A stretch of 62,945 nt of DNA, the filler included, from Octopus bimaculoides (taxonomy: Eukaryota), in NCBI RefSeq assembly GCF_001194135.2. It is 8 parts of 8 records of this genome, joined end to end, with 100 filler letters (N's around TTAATTAATTAA, not from the genome) between each part and the next. Parts side by side here need not be neighbours in the genome. Positions count along the whole stretch, not along the records: positions 60,653 to 62,945 come from NC_068984.1; 7 more parts are not named here. One strand, given 5' to 3'. Each line of letters opens with the position of its first letter. The first letter of the stretch is position 1. Position numbers and translations under genes: made by a program. Below the pieces are notes generated by a model, which worked only from the letters and a program-made list of their open reading frames with translations, was not told where the DNA came from and did not search any database. Below, piece after piece: positions 60,856-62,945 of this stretch.

Positions 60856-62269
60856 AATCTATGCTGTAACCTTTTAATCAAAGCATGACAATGTGGGTAG
60901 AGGCTGATATCTTAACATTTCTGATGGTCTTAAGTATAAAATACATTATTAAAGATTTATATAGAACTACATTCAGAGTATGTCTATAAGCTATTATGTT
61001 TAGACCTGGTTTCTATCCTCAAACTGTTCCATTTTGTAGATGTAATTATTTTTTAATAAAGCACTCCGAAATTAGTAAAATCAAAAATCTGCAACAATCT
61101 CGGTCCCATGAGTGTCGGATAATGGATTTTCAACTGAGTAAAGAAACTGATTGTGGTGATCGTAGTTTTGACGGTGATTGTGGTGAAAGCAGAGACAGTG
61201 TTGATGATGACGATGGTCGAGATAAGTACGGGAGGAGGATGAAATAGGAGTGGTGGTTATAATGGCGACAGGAGTGATGTGATGTGTGATGCTGAGGTGA
61301 TGGTAGTAATAGTGGTGTTGATGATAGTGTTAGTTGTGTGATGGTGATATTGTAGTGGTTATACTGGTTGTGGTAGTGAAAGTGACTGTCAAGGTATCCA
61401 TCATGATAATGACGTCGTGTGTATGGGCGGAAATGATCTGCATGGCGGAGGTCTGCGCTCCCTGAGTACTTTTCTAGTTATCTAAGTGCGCCACAAATTT
61501 TTGAAAGTATAACAAAAGACTTCAGAGAATTTGTATTAATGATTGCGTTTTGAAAAACATGTTAGTCATTAAATTTTTGTTTGCACTTGAAACAGTTTTA
61601 GATTAAAATTCAAACGTGCAAGGCAAAGAAACTTTTGTGTTGCTGTTCATATATTTTATATACACAAGTGTGAGTAATAAAACAGTTATGCAATAGCTAC
61701 ATCGATGAAAATAAACATTTACCTTAAATACTGTTTGGAATTGTTAAGTGAGTATGTAGCTTTTTTGTTCGATCTCTTTTACACTGCGCAGTCAAATATC
61801 ATCGTTCTCAGAGTTCGGGATAACAGCCAAATATCTTTCAAATGTCTCCATAAACGGAAAAAAAGTCTATAGTGTACACATTAGTCCTAGAATATATATG
61901 GTAGGATGATTTCGGCCAAAATATATTTGATAGCAGGTCTGCTCAATCAGGGTTAACCTGAGGTTTAACGAGACGCAAGATTGCTTTCCAACTAAAAATC
62001 AGTCGATCGTAATCTCTAACAGTAACTACTTAAAAATACATTGTCCAACATGCTGTGGGTAAAAGATGATGGTAATTAATGAAGAAAGTTATATGGAACT
62101 TACCCATAGAATGTCAGAAGCATGTGAAGAGTTTGTAAAATTAAAGGAAGGACAAAACATGAAACTTAATGGTCCGTCATCGAAGCAACCAAAGGTTGTA
62201 CAGGACGCAGGAAGCGATACTAATATTACTTGGTACAAAATTATTCGAGCATTTTGTCCGGCATGTTAA

Positions 62270-62765
62270 TGATTCTGCCAGCTCGCCACCTTACTTAAAT
62301 GAGAATATTAGTTTCAAATTTTGACACAGGATCAGCAATTTCCTGGAAGGGAGTAAGACGATTACATTGACCTAAGCGCTTGACTGGAACCTATTTTGTT
62401 GACCCCGAAAGGATGAAACGCAAATTCAACCTCAGCAGCATTTGAACTCAGAACATAAAGACAGACAAAATGCTGCAAAACATTTTGCCTGGAGTGCTAA
62501 CGGTTCTGCCCGCTCGCCGCCTTAAATTGATTAATTGAATGTAATTTAGTATTTGTTAAAGAATTTCAAACAATTTCGGTGAGATTGACGGCCAATAATT
62601 TCAGAAACACTAATATTCGTTTTCAAGGAGGGGTGAAGTCGCATACATGGACCCCCAATGTTCAACTGGTACTTATTTTGTTGATCCCCGAAAGGATGAA
62701 AGGCAAAGTCGACCTTGGTGGCATTTGAACTGAGAACGTAAAGATGGATGAAATGCCGCAAAGCA
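62270..62765 (-). mobile_element. Two SINE family B copies (about 62300-62522 and 62640-62765)
   Basis: GACCCCGAAAGGATGAAA.GCAAA.TC.ACCT..G..GCATTTGAACT occurs twice. Confidence 0.85.
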
Positions 62766-62908
62766 TTAACGATTAATATTATATAACGTAACCGATGACA
62801 TTACCCATGAAAGCTTCTGAACATTAAGGAATAATTATTCTATTGGAACAGTGCTTCCACAGGTAAAAATTTGAATTAGTAATTACGTTATATTGAATGT
62901 TTCTACTG

Positions 62909-62945
<37 letters not shown>

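Noticed and set aside
62066-62269. 67-aa ORF (MMVINEESYMELTHR...)
   Set aside because: No recognisable motif; it runs into a SINE fragment and its length is compatible with chance.

Overview
This is eukaryotic, AT-rich, microsatellite- and retroposon-saturated DNA with many N gaps. The SINE families look like those of octopus (coleoid cephalopod); that is recognition from memory, not a search. I cannot support any intact host protein-coding gene, tRNA, rRNA or CRISPR array. Seven identical 100-bp linkers (44 N + TTAATTAATTAA + 44 N) show the window is eight joined pieces, so long-range adjacency is uncertain. Recognisable content: (i) dozens of tRNA-derived SINE copies in three head/core families; (ii) decayed non-LTR retrotransposon fragments (HERO-like, R4/Dong-like x2, CRE-like, CR1-like x2, L1/Tx1-like); (iii) Penelope-like element (PLE) RT and GIY-YIG fragments; (iv) a Tigger/pogo-like MITE whose subterminal repeat has expanded into a 30-bp minisatellite; (v) a decayed PHD-finger ORF, probably from a DNA transposase. 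The most interesting signal is three unrelated families of minimal type I hammerhead ribozyme motifs with self-complementary helix III, each present as an inverted pair. One family sits behind a Pol III tRNA-like head, which suggests a ribozyme-bearing SINE possibly mobilised by PLE machinery. Coordinates of decayed repeats are approximate, and all alignments and foldings were done by eye.
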